Below are positions 17,230 through 25,578 of a stretch of 64,000 bases of DNA, piece by piece (position 1 is the stretch's first letter; each line of letters opens with the position of its first letter). Below the pieces are notes generated by a model that saw nothing but the letters and a program-made list of their open reading frames with translations, searched no databases and had not been told where the DNA came from. The DNA is from an uncultured Clostridia bacterium. GTDB taxonomy: Bacteria > Bacillota > Clostridia > Christensenellales > UBA1242. The stretch is taken from contig CAJOLU010000005.1 in NCBI GenBank assembly GCA_905235475.1, forward strand, positions 72,892 to 136,891, given 5' to 3'. The translations under genes and the position numbers were made by a program.

Positions 17230-17274
17230 TGGAGCTACTGATGGGAATCGGACCCATGACCCCCACCTTACCAA
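17230..17274 (-). other. 3' half of a tRNA-Thr(GGT), from anticodon loop to CCA (att-site remnant)
   Basis: The reverse complement reads TTGGTAA GGTGG GGGTC ATGGG TCCGATT CCCAT CAGTAGC T CCA: anticodon loop, 3' stem, variable loop, T arm, acceptor strand and CCA. No D arm or 5' acceptor strand follows. Confidence 0.7.
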
Positions 17275-17452
17275 GGCGATGGCAAAAACAAAGAATAAAG
17301 ATTGTCTAAATGAGATAAAATTTATTAATGACAATTATTTAAAAAATGAATTGCCAGCAGATGTTGATGATATAATAGCAACTGCAAAAGTTCGAAAGGT
17401 AGCATCAAAAGAAGCGCAACAATCAACGAAAAATCCAACACTAAAAAGATAA
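17266..17452 (+). pseudogene. 3' portion of the interrupted repeat-protein gene
   Basis: Encodes LTKAMAKTKN, completing repeat R6, followed by a unique 50-aa tail. Nt 17266-17296 are 31/31 identical to 7445-7475. The track ORF 17213-17452 is a read-through from the tRNA fragment. Confidence 0.75.
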
Positions 17453-17513
17453 TGAATTAAATGTGATTTTGCGAAAATAATAACTAATTTTTATTTTTAT
17501 CATATATAATTTT

Positions 17514-18332
17514 ATGTTAAAAATTTGTGACGCACATAATGATTTGTTATATAAATATAAAACAAAACAAAATATTCAAAAGTATATAAATAAATTGCCA
17601 CAAAACATAGAAAAAATATTTTGTGCCTACTTTTCATATAACAACAGCAGTGCTAGTGTTTTTGATATGAAGAAAAAGTTTTCATATCTTTTGAGTGAAA
17701 AGTGTGTTAGAACAATTGAAAATGCTTGGTTCATTAATAAAGAAAATTTTATGAGCATTATAGAAAATGATGTGTTTTGCGCAACCCTTTGTCACAACAA
17801 AAATAATGCTTTATGTGGTGGGGCAGAAGATAATGGAGAAATAACTCAACTTGGCAATTTTATAATTCAAAAATTAGAAAAGAATAATGTTATAGTTGAC
17901 ACAGCGCATATGAACGAGAAATCTTTTTGGCAATTTGTTCATTTAACTCAAAAGCCAATATTTAATTCTCATAGCGGTTTTTATTCAATTTTTTCACATA
18001 ATAGAAACTTAAAAACAAGTCAAATAAACGAAATTGTGAGTAGCGGTGGTTATATTGGATTGGCAATGTATCCAAAGTTTTTTACAAATAATTCATATGG
18101 AATTGGTGACATTGCTAAAAATATAATATGGTTTTGGGAAAACTTTGGAACAAACACTCTTGGGTTTGGAACAGATTTTAATGGAATTAACAACTATCCC
18201 ACTAATTTGCATAACTATTTTGATTTATTGACGCTTGCACAAAAATTAATTGAATTTGGTGCAAATAGGGAAGACATTAATAAACTCTTTAGCGAGAATT
18301 TACTGGAATTTTATAAAAAAATAAAAGCCTAG
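17514..18332 (+). CDS. Membrane dipeptidase (peptidase M19 family)
   Basis: N-terminal CDAHNDL metal-binding motif, then DTAHM, FNSHS and FGTDFNG. Confidence 0.7.
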   Translation: MLKICDAHNDLLYKYKTKQNIQKYINKLPQNIEKIFCAYFSYNNSSASVFDMKKKFSYLLSEKCVRTIENAWFINKENFMSIIENDVFCATLCHNKNNALCGGAEDNGEITQLGNFIIQKLEKNNVIVDTAHMNEKSFWQFVHLTQKPIFNSHSGFYSIFSHNRNLKTSQINEIVSSGGYIGLAMYPKFFTNNSYGIGDIAKNIIWFWENFGTNTLGFGTDFNGINNYPTNLHNYFDLLTLAQKLIEFGANREDINKLFSENLLEFYKKIKA

Positions 18333-18348
18333 TGTTAGGCTTTTATTC
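18322..18348. terminator. Bidirectional hairpin between convergent genes
   Basis: Stem AAAGCCTA / TAGGCTTT with an A-run on the left and a T-run on the right. It overlaps both stop codons. Confidence 0.55.
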
Positions 18349-18600
18349 TTCAACCGTGACATCTTCATCATCATAAACATAACCTTCTTGTCTTAAAGCA
18401 TCTTTGGTTGAGGTTGGGTCACTTATTATTTTTGTGGACTGTTCTAGTTCACTTTCTTTTAGGGCTAGTTCGTTATTGGCGTTTCTATTGTTGGTTCTCA
18501 AAACACTTAGTGCAATAAATTGAGCAAGGAGAATAACGAGCAAAAATATTGCAACGCATAATATTAATATAAATCTTGATTTCGATAAATTTTTATACAT
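18343..18600 (-). CDS. Septum formation initiator family protein (FtsB/DivIC-like)
   Basis: Single N-terminal TM segment, a short coiled coil, and a C-terminal ALRQEGYVYDDEDV similar to the family ending. Confidence 0.5.
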   Translation of the reverse strand: MYKNLSKSRFILILCVAIFLLVILLAQFIALSVLRTNNRNANNELALKESELEQSTKIISDPTSTKDALRQEGYVYDDEDVTVEE

Positions 18601-18603
18601 ATA

Positions 18604-19047
18604 TTAAACTCCTTGTCTATTTTCAATTTCTCTCCTTGCTAAACTGTCGCAAATGTTGTTATATTTGTCTGTTGAATGACCTTTAACTTTATTAAATGTT
18701 ATGTTGTGAATTTTTGTATATTCAATTAGTTTTTGCCATAAATCAATGTTTTTAACATCTTTTTTGCCAGCAGTTCTCCAGTTTCTCATTTGCCAATCTT
18801 CAATCCAGTTTTGTTGAAAGGCATTAACAACATATGCTGAATCGCTATATAACATAACATTACAAGGTTCTTTTAGTTCGTCTAATGCTTTAATAACAGC
18901 CATCAGTTCCATTCTGTTGTTAGTTGTGTTGTCTTCAAAACCACTTAACTGTTTTTCTTTGCCATTATATATCAAAACAGCACCCCAGCCACCTGGACCA
19001 GGATTGAAACTGCAAGCGCCATCTGTGTATATTTCAACAGTTTTCAT
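18604..19047 (-). CDS. rnhA: Ribonuclease HI
   Basis: IYTDGAC..NPGPGGWG, NNRMEL, YSDSAYV and KVKGHS...N..D.LA catalytic DEDD pattern. Confidence 0.92.
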   Translation of the reverse strand: MKTVEIYTDGACSFNPGPGGWGAVLIYNGKEKQLSGFEDNTTNNRMELMAVIKALDELKEPCNVMLYSDSAYVVNAFQQNWIEDWQMRNWRTAGKKDVKNIDLWQKLIEYTKIHNITFNKVKGHSTDKYNNICDSLARREIENRQGV

Positions 19048-19123
19048 TTTTTCTCCCTAATTTAATTTTTCACTTATATTATAATAATTTTTTTACTTTT
19101 TGGCAACAACTTTTATTATTCTA

Positions 19124-19152
19124 TTGACTATTTTTTAAAATTTTTATATAAT
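19124..19152 (+). promoter_or_regulatory. Sigma-A promoter for tRNA-Trp (TTGACT-17-TATAAT)
   Basis: -35 at 19124-19129 and -10 at 19147-19152, about 10 nt upstream of the tRNA 5' end. Confidence 0.65.
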
Positions 19153-19162
19153 AGAAGAATAT

Positions 19163-19236
19163 AGGGGAGTGGCTTAACGGTAGAGTAGTGGTCTCCAAAA
19201 CCATTGGTCAGAGTTCGATTCTCTGCTCCCCTGCCA
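19163..19236 (+). tRNA. tRNA-Trp (anticodon CCA)
   Basis: Cloverleaf readable by eye: acceptor AGGGGAG/CTCCCCT, anticodon loop CTCCAAA, T arm AGAGTTCGATTCTCT, and an encoded CCA. Confidence 0.9.
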
Positions 19237-19242
19237 AGCAAT

Positions 19243-19265
19243 AAACCCATAAATAAAGGGTTTTC
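19243..19265 (+). terminator. Terminator after tRNA-Trp
   Basis: Stem AAACCC / GGGTTT followed by a T-run. Confidence 0.5.
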
Positions 19266-19303
19266 GAGGTATTTTTGATTTTTGCAAAAATGCCTCTTTT
19301 TTT
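19266..19303 (+). terminator. Second, stronger terminator after tRNA-Trp
   Basis: 11-bp stem GAGGTATTTTT / AAAAATGCCTC (one mismatch) followed by TTTTTTT. Confidence 0.6.
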
Positions 19304-19344
19304 ATATTTTAACCCCAAAAGTGTTGTCAGAGGTGTTGTCAACA

Positions 19345-19375
19345 TTAAAAAAGAACATATTTATCAATATGTTCT
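19345..19375 (-). terminator. Terminator of the ABC transporter operon
   Basis: Stem AGAACATAT / ATATGTTCT, with the T-run on the minus strand. Confidence 0.6.
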
Positions 19376-19395
19376 TTTCAATATGTTCTTTAATT

Positions 19396-21315
19396 TTATT
19401 TAATTTCTCTTTTTCTAAAAATTAAGTAAGATAACATTGTTATTAGAACAATAAGAATTAAGTTTGATATAAACGAATACCAGAAACCAACTCCATGGAA
19501 AACTGATGACGAGAAAATGGTTGATATCAAAGAGCTTTGTCCTGTTGCAACAAATGAACCACCAAAGAATTTGAATAAATCTAAATTGCTAAATGGAATA
19601 AATCCATAAATATATGATGTTGCGAAAATTGTTCCCATAATGCTTATTAAGAAGTATAGAACGATTGAAATACTAACAGCACCAACATTACTTCTAAATA
19701 TAGCGGATATGGCAAGAGAAATAACAACATAGAATAATGTTTTAAACAGCAAGCATAACAAGTAGATTAGAAGTAGGAGAGTTGGCGAAATTGCAAACGC
19801 TTGAGTTCCATTAAACACAGCAAGCACTGGGGTGAAACTAACTCCATATAATGCCCATCCAATTAAGAATAAAACAATTGTTGAGAATACGAAGAAAATG
19901 GCTGCAAAAATCAATGTTGCTAAAAGTTTGCTTGTTAAAATGCTTCTTCTAGAGTATGGTCTTATTAACAAAAGTTTAAGTGTTCCATTTGATTGTTCTC
20001 CAGCCAGCATTCCTGCTGCCAGAACAATGGTAAAAATTATTATAACAATGCTAACAATTTCTAACCCAAAATAAACAAAGTCAAAAGCATTTCCAGCGTT
20101 TGTTGATGCAATAACACCATTAAAAACAGTGGCATAATCTGTTTCAACAGTGTGGGTATTTAACATATAAACTTGTTTTGCAATAACTTCATCAACGGCA
20201 TATAAATATAATAATGAATCACCACTGCTGGATATACTCATTATGTTATATCCATAATATGCACTTGCTTCTTTATCTCCCATTTTTAAAACAGCATCAT
20301 AGTTTGTTGTGTTTGTGATTAGCCTGCTAACATTCAGCGAATAAATATAATATTTATAACATAAATCCTTTAATTGGTTTAAGTTCTTCTCATCATTTGT
20401 TGCAGCCAAAGTGCTTATTTCTGTTTTTAAAGAAGATAAATATGTTTTTGCTTCCTCAATGTTTGCTTGTCTTTCTTCATAAATTTGATCTGAAACAGAT
20501 TTTATTTTAATTGAATCCACAAAACTGCATAGTTCGCTATATAAATCTAGTTCTCTAAATAATTTTCTAATTGATGCGTGGTTTTCTATTTTTGTAATGT
20601 CATATTCAGATGGCCTATCATCACTTATCACTTTGTTATATATTTCTATATAAATTTCATTAAAACGAGTAATTTTTTCTGTTGGAACAATAATGTTTGG
20701 GTTATCAATTAGTGTATTTTTTAATTTTTGTATATCATTAATGCCTGTGATATAGGTGTGAATTGCAACTAAGTTATTTGATTCATGAACTGGGGTAGGA
20801 TTAATGAATTCACTTGTTTGTGAAGTTCTTATTGGACCAACAACATTTGCTAGTGCATCAATTGATGCAATAACACTGCTATCTTTAAAGTTTTGTTCAT
20901 TCATATATGTTTGATATGCAGATAAAAAGTCATCAGGCTCGCTAATGCTTTGGCTTCTGTGTTCGCCAATTAAATAATTAATATATTCAAGTATATCTCT
21001 TTCACCAGGTTCAGTTTTATCTGTTCTTGCTTTTGCTTTTTCTAATTCATTTTCCGCTTGAATAATAAGTTGATCAGATGCTATAGCACCAAATTTATTT
21101 GATGCAATTGGATCGTTAAATGTTTTGTTAACTTTGGCTAGAGTGTCTTGGCTAGAGTAAACACTATGTAATGCGGAATAATCATCTTTTGTTTTTGGGT
21201 CGAATTGAAAATAAGAAAATATTATTGCCAAAACAATTACTGCAGTTATAATGTAAAGAATTGGTCGCATTAATATTTTATTTAATTCACCTTTTAATAA
21301 TTTATAAAACCCCAT
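19396..21315 (-). CDS. ABC-2-type transporter permease with a large extracytoplasmic domain
   Basis: N-terminal TM segment, a ~400-aa soluble region, then a 5-6 TM C-terminal bundle. It lies immediately downstream of the ATPase gene. Confidence 0.7.
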   Translation of the reverse strand: MGFYKLLKGELNKILMRPILYIITAVIVLAIIFSYFQFDPKTKDDYSALHSVYSSQDTLAKVNKTFNDPIASNKFGAIASDQLIIQAENELEKAKARTDKTEPGERDILEYINYLIGEHRSQSISEPDDFLSAYQTYMNEQNFKDSSVIASIDALANVVGPIRTSQTSEFINPTPVHESNNLVAIHTYITGINDIQKLKNTLIDNPNIIVPTEKITRFNEIYIEIYNKVISDDRPSEYDITKIENHASIRKLFRELDLYSELCSFVDSIKIKSVSDQIYEERQANIEEAKTYLSSLKTEISTLAATNDEKNLNQLKDLCYKYYIYSLNVSRLITNTTNYDAVLKMGDKEASAYYGYNIMSISSSGDSLLYLYAVDEVIAKQVYMLNTHTVETDYATVFNGVIASTNAGNAFDFVYFGLEIVSIVIIIFTIVLAAGMLAGEQSNGTLKLLLIRPYSRRSILTSKLLATLIFAAIFFVFSTIVLFLIGWALYGVSFTPVLAVFNGTQAFAISPTLLLLIYLLCLLFKTLFYVVISLAISAIFRSNVGAVSISIVLYFLISIMGTIFATSYIYGFIPFSNLDLFKFFGGSFVATGQSSLISTIFSSSVFHGVGFWYSFISNLILIVLITMLSYLIFRKREIK

Positions 21316-21319
21316 ATTT

Positions 21320-22258
21320 TTACTTCCTATTATTTTTTAAAATATCCAAATATAAATCTTCTAGCGATTTTGATTCAACCCTTCCACCAAACACCGCAAT
21401 ATTCTTGCTTTGAAGTTCTTTAACAATCTTTTGATATAATTCTTTATTGTATGGAATCAAGATGCAATTTCCCGCAATTTCTGGGAAAAGGTTGAATTTT
21501 TCGTTAACCACTTTGCACGCATAGTTAGGGTAGTTAACGCTAATTGCAATTTGCTTATCAATTGATGAGTTTTCGTTTTGGTCGTTTTTGGATCTAAGTT
21601 CCAAAATTTTACCACTGTCAACAATTGCAAAGGAGTCACACAAAAGTTCCATTTCAGTTAGAATGTGGCTACTAACCATAATTGCCATTTTTTCTCTTGC
21701 TGCCAATATTTTTAGAGTTCTACGAAGTTCAATAACACCATTTGCGTCCAAACCGTTTGTTGGTTCGTCTAAAACGAGCAATTTTGGCTTATTCAATAGT
21801 GCTTGTGCAAGAGCAATTCTTTGTCTCATACCATATGAGTAAGTTCTAAATTTATCGTGAATTCTATTAGTCATTCCAACAGTTTCCACAATTTTATCAA
21901 TTTCTAAATGGTCGACATTGCCATTGAGGCTGGCAAAATATACTAAGTTTTGATATCCAGTCATATATGAATATGCTTGGCAGTTCTCAATCATCGCCCC
22001 AAGATTTACAATAGCTTTTTTAAATTGATGTTGAACTGAATTGCCACAAATAAAAACTTCACCAGAAGTTGGTGGAGTCATTCCACAAATAATTCTAATA
22101 AGTGTTGTTTTTCCAGCACCATTTGGTCCTAGAAATCCAAAAATTTCACCAGCATAAATATCAAAATTGATGTCATTTAAGACAGTTCGATTTTTATATT
22201 TTTTTGTTATACCCTTAACTTCTAACACTTTATTGTTAGAATTTTCAACTGAATTCAT
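21320..22258 (-). CDS. ABC transporter ATP-binding protein
   Basis: Walker A GPNGAGKTT, signature YSYGMRQR, Walker B LLVLDEPTNGLD and an H-loop. Confidence 0.92.
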   Translation of the reverse strand: MNSVENSNNKVLEVKGITKKYKNRTVLNDINFDIYAGEIFGFLGPNGAGKTTLIRIICGMTPPTSGEVFICGNSVQHQFKKAIVNLGAMIENCQAYSYMTGYQNLVYFASLNGNVDHLEIDKIVETVGMTNRIHDKFRTYSYGMRQRIALAQALLNKPKLLVLDEPTNGLDANGVIELRRTLKILAAREKMAIMVSSHILTEMELLCDSFAIVDSGKILELRSKNDQNENSSIDKQIAISVNYPNYACKVVNEKFNLFPEIAGNCILIPYNKELYQKIVKELQSKNIAVFGGRVESKSLEDLYLDILKNNRK

Positions 22259-22411
22259 AGTTACTCCTATTTTAAACTATAAATTATTATAGTATATTTT
22301 TCAGATAAAGTAAATAATTTTTTCAAAAATGTGAAAATATTACGCAAAAAAATCAAAAAAATTTTAATTTTTATTAAAAAAATAGCAAATTTAACTCAAA
22401 AATGGTCAAAT

Positions 22412-22436
22412 AAAAAAAGAGAAGACAATCTCTTTT
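22412..22436 (-). terminator. Terminator after the PadR-like gene
   Basis: Stem AAAGAGA / TCTCTTT flanked by A- and T-runs. Confidence 0.55.
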
Positions 22437-22442
22437 ATTTTT

Positions 22443-23711
22443 TTATATTTGATATTTTTCTTGTTTTGATATAATTAAGTTTAGAATCACACGCAGAATA
22501 ATACCAAAAATTAACATTGTTGGAATAAACCAACGATTCAAATAATGAACTTTTGTCAGTGATGCCAAATTTTCCATTCCAGCAAGTAAATTAACTGCAA
22601 CAATAAACACAAATAGTAAAACAAAAGCAAAAATTCTTATTGCAAACTTTTTTCCCCATTTGATTTTCTTATTAATTTTTTTATTTGGATGTTTGAGTAA
22701 TGAGAAGATGTCAATCAACACCAAAATAATGGAAATAAGTAGAGCAGAACCCATAATTATATAATCAACAAGGGTCATCCAACCTTTTAAATCATATAAC
22801 AAAAACATAGTTAAATATATTGAAAGGTTAATAAAGAAAATACATAAACCACTCACAAAGTTAATTTGATTAATATATAAATATTTGTGTTCATTTCTTT
22901 TTATATCCAAGTTAGTTACATTTTTTTTCTTATTAATGTTATCAATAAGTTGTATTTCAACATCTTCAGCCGACTGATTGTTTTTTTGTTTGGAAAAATT
23001 TTCATTATATTTTTTTGCAATGCTTTCCAATAAATCCATATTTGTTGGCGTTGGAGTGGTGTTTTCTTGAGGAGGGCTTTTTTTATTGTTTTTATTGTCA
23101 TTTTTAAACATTTCATTTAGTTCTTTAATATAGGCAGATGAACTATAACCAGATTGTGATTCCATTTTTTCTTTTGGCACAGAAGTAGGTTGGTCTTTTT
23201 TTGCAATTGTTTGAGGCTGTTTAGCAATTTTCTCATCAATATTAACTTCGTCTTCATTTTCATCTGTGAGGAAATCTCCCAAAATTGATTTATAATTTAC
23301 AGGTGAATCTAGAGTTTCAGGTTCATCATCATCAAATACTTCATCATTAAAATCGGTGTTAATGCCATTTGGTCTAATGTTTGGAAATATATTATCATTA
23401 TGTGATGGTTTCTGGTTGGGCTCATTAATATATTCGTCAGCGGCATCTTGAAAACTAATTTTATTATTAAGTGCTTCAACTCCAAGTGGAGTTGCTTTAT
23501 AGTAATGTCTTTTTCCACCCAAAACGCTTCCTTCCCAATAGGAGGTAACATAGCCTTTGGCTTCTAATCTGCGAAGGGCACTATATAGGCTTGGTTGTTT
23601 TAACACAACTCGGTTATTAGTTTTTCTTTTTATTTCTTCAATGATTTCTAAACCATATTTACTTTCATTTTTTATGGAATTTAAAATGATGGTGTTTAAG
23701 TCAGTTGCCAT
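22443..23711 (-). CDS. PadR-family winged-helix regulator fused to a C-terminal multi-TM domain
   Basis: N-terminal YGLEIIEEI...LKQPSLYSALRRLEAKGYVTSYWE...GGKRHYYKATPLG is the PadR signature. An N/D/P-rich linker follows, then ~4 hydrophobic segments. Confidence 0.75.
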   Translation of the reverse strand: MATDLNTIILNSIKNESKYGLEIIEEIKRKTNNRVVLKQPSLYSALRRLEAKGYVTSYWEGSVLGGKRHYYKATPLGVEALNNKISFQDAADEYINEPNQKPSHNDNIFPNIRPNGINTDFNDEVFDDDEPETLDSPVNYKSILGDFLTDENEDEVNIDEKIAKQPQTIAKKDQPTSVPKEKMESQSGYSSSAYIKELNEMFKNDNKNNKKSPPQENTTPTPTNMDLLESIAKKYNENFSKQKNNQSAEDVEIQLIDNINKKKNVTNLDIKRNEHKYLYINQINFVSGLCIFFINLSIYLTMFLLYDLKGWMTLVDYIIMGSALLISIILVLIDIFSLLKHPNKKINKKIKWGKKFAIRIFAFVLLFVFIVAVNLLAGMENLASLTKVHYLNRWFIPTMLIFGIILRVILNLIISKQEKYQI

Positions 23712-23906
23712 AAAATCCCTCCAATTTTGCCAACGTCATAGAGAGTATAATAAAAATTTTTTATTAAGTCAACAAAAATAGGGTATTATGCAAAACATAA
23801 TACATGCATAGCACACAAAAACCGCGTAAATACGCAATTTTTTGTCAAAAAATCATTTGAAAATTTATTCGTAAAATGCTATAATACAAATGAAAAGGGG
23901 GCAAAA

Positions 23907-24584
23907 ATGATTACAATAGACCAGCTCATACGAACAAAAAGACGAACAATTTCCATTCAAATTTCCTCAAACGGAGAGCTCATTGTTCGTGCTCCAACAA
24001 GGTGTTCATATGCTCAAATTGAAAAAGTGGTTCAAGATAGAATAGGTTGGATTAGAGTTCATCAAGAGAGAATTTTGAAAAATAACGCCATTAATTCAAA
24101 TATAATTTCATATAGGGAAGTGATGTTTTTAGGTGTTACAAAACCAATCATTTTTGATTCAAAAACAAAGAAGATAGAGTATCATGAAACCCATTTTACA
24201 ATTAATGAAAAATATGCTGAAAACATTCCAAAAATAAAAAAGTTGGTGATTGGTTTTATGGTGGAACAAGCACAGGAAATTCTTATAAATAGAGTAAACT
24301 ATTTTGCCAATTTAATGCAATTATTGCCACAAAGTTTGTCTATATGTAATAGTAAAAGAGTGTGGGGCAGTTGTAGCAAAGAGGCAGATATAAAACTTAA
24401 TTGGAGGCTTATTATGTTGCCACCAGATTTAATTGACTATGTTGTTGTTCACGAACTATCACATATAATTGAATTTAACCATTCTAAATTGTTTTGGAAA
24501 CTGGTGGGAAGTGTGTTGCCAAATTATAAAGAAAGAAGAGCGTTATTGAAAAAGGGTGACTTTTTACTTAATTTATATAGATAA
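23907..24584 (+). CDS. YgjP-like metal-dependent hydrolase (DUF45/M48-like)
   Basis: HEXXH motif in VVVHELSHIIEFNHSKLFW, with family-typical size. Confidence 0.75.
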   Translation: MITIDQLIRTKRRTISIQISSNGELIVRAPTRCSYAQIEKVVQDRIGWIRVHQERILKNNAINSNIISYREVMFLGVTKPIIFDSKTKKIEYHETHFTINEKYAENIPKIKKLVIGFMVEQAQEILINRVNYFANLMQLLPQSLSICNSKRVWGSCSKEADIKLNWRLIMLPPDLIDYVVVHELSHIIEFNHSKLFWKLVGSVLPNYKERRALLKKGDFLLNLYR

Positions 24585-24734
24585 ATTTTGTGTTGGGTTA
24601 GAAAAATAGGGAAGAGAATAAGGGATAAATTAACGTGAAAATCATTAATTAACATTAGAAAAATATATTTTCCAACCTTATTAGAAATTTTAGAATATCA
24701 ATTCCAATCCAATATTTATAAAAAAATTGAAGAG

Positions 24735-24759
24735 AATAGGGTAAAAAAACCCTATTTTT
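24735..24759 (+). terminator. Rho-independent terminator
   Basis: Stem AATAGGG / CCCTATT followed by TTTTT. Confidence 0.6.
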
Positions 24760-25162
24760 ATATTGATTTAATTATGCGTAAAAGACAAGTTTTACGAATA
24801 GTTATTGTTTATAACACAAATAAAACACCAAATTTGATAACTTTATTTCATTTATTATATATTTACAAATTTTACATATAATCATTATATTTTGCATAAC
24901 ACTTAAAATTTTATATGAACACTTATTCATAAAAATTTAACTTTTTGTTCTGAATTAACTTTATAAATGAATCAAGTCTTTGATAATAAAATTATTATAA
25001 TGCAAAATATTTTTTATTGTAAATTGATTGTTTATTTTTTCCTTTGTGATAATTTTTTAATTTAGGGATTATTTTTACTTAATTTATAAAGTAACCCAAA
25101 ATTACTCTAAATTATCAAAAACCACCCTCCTCTAATCTTAATTGAGACGCAAAACTTAAAAT

Positions 25163-25190
25163 AGCATGAACATTCCCTCATGCTTTTTTT
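25163..25190 (+). terminator. Orphan rho-independent terminator inside the ORF-free gap
   Basis: Stem AGCATGA / TCATGCT followed by TTTTTTT, with no ORF upstream. Confidence 0.5.
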
Positions 25191-25578
25191 GTGCTTTTGT
25201 GACATAAAATAAAAAAATCTAAATTGTCATAAAATTTTGGTATGTTATTTTATTTCTAAATAACATTAACTTTTATGTTATTTTATTAATACCCATTAAC
25301 TTTATAGAAACAAAAACATCCCCAATATATAGAAAAATTTTTAATACAGAAGTATTTTGTTACTAGTTATGTTATATGGAATAATGTTATAAATGTTTAC
25401 TTTATATTTCAGCATTTATTTGATTTTTTGAGTTCAAAATGAAACTTATATTGTGTGAAAAAGCTGGATTGAATGTGAAAAAAATGGAGTAAAATGAACT
25501 ATGCGTAAAATTTTTGTTAATTTTATTAGACAAAATTGTTATAAAATGTTACAATCATTATGAAAGTGAGGTGTTAAT

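Larger units (their letters stand above)
7538..17274. mobile_element. Decayed integrated island (~9.7 kb) inserted in the repeat-protein gene; no integrase present
   Basis: The 9-bp direct repeat CCTTACCAA occurs at 7529-7537 and 17266-17274. Joining the flanks restores one ORF. A tRNA-Thr 3' half lies at the right end, direct repeats at the left end, and pseudogene remnants at both ends. Confidence 0.7.

Noticed and set aside
17213-17452. Track ORF of 79 aa that looks like an intact small gene
   Set aside because: Its first 18 codons translate the reverse strand of a terminator tail and the tRNA-Thr fragment. Only 17266-17452 is genuine coding sequence, namely the displaced 3' end of the repeat-protein gene.
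19350-19378. GAACATAT...ATATGTTC palindrome as another LexA box
   Set aside because: The GAAC and GTTC halves are separated by 14 nt rather than 4, and the hairpin is followed by a T-run on the minus strand directly after the ABC permease stop. It is a terminator.
24869-24896. Candidate dif site (reverse strand ...TATAATGATTATATGTAAAAT)
   Set aside because: Only the XerD-arm-like half (ATATGTAAAAT versus Bacillus TTATGTAAACT) matches. The other arm does not, and such matches are expected by chance in DNA this AT-rich. It needs a model-based search.
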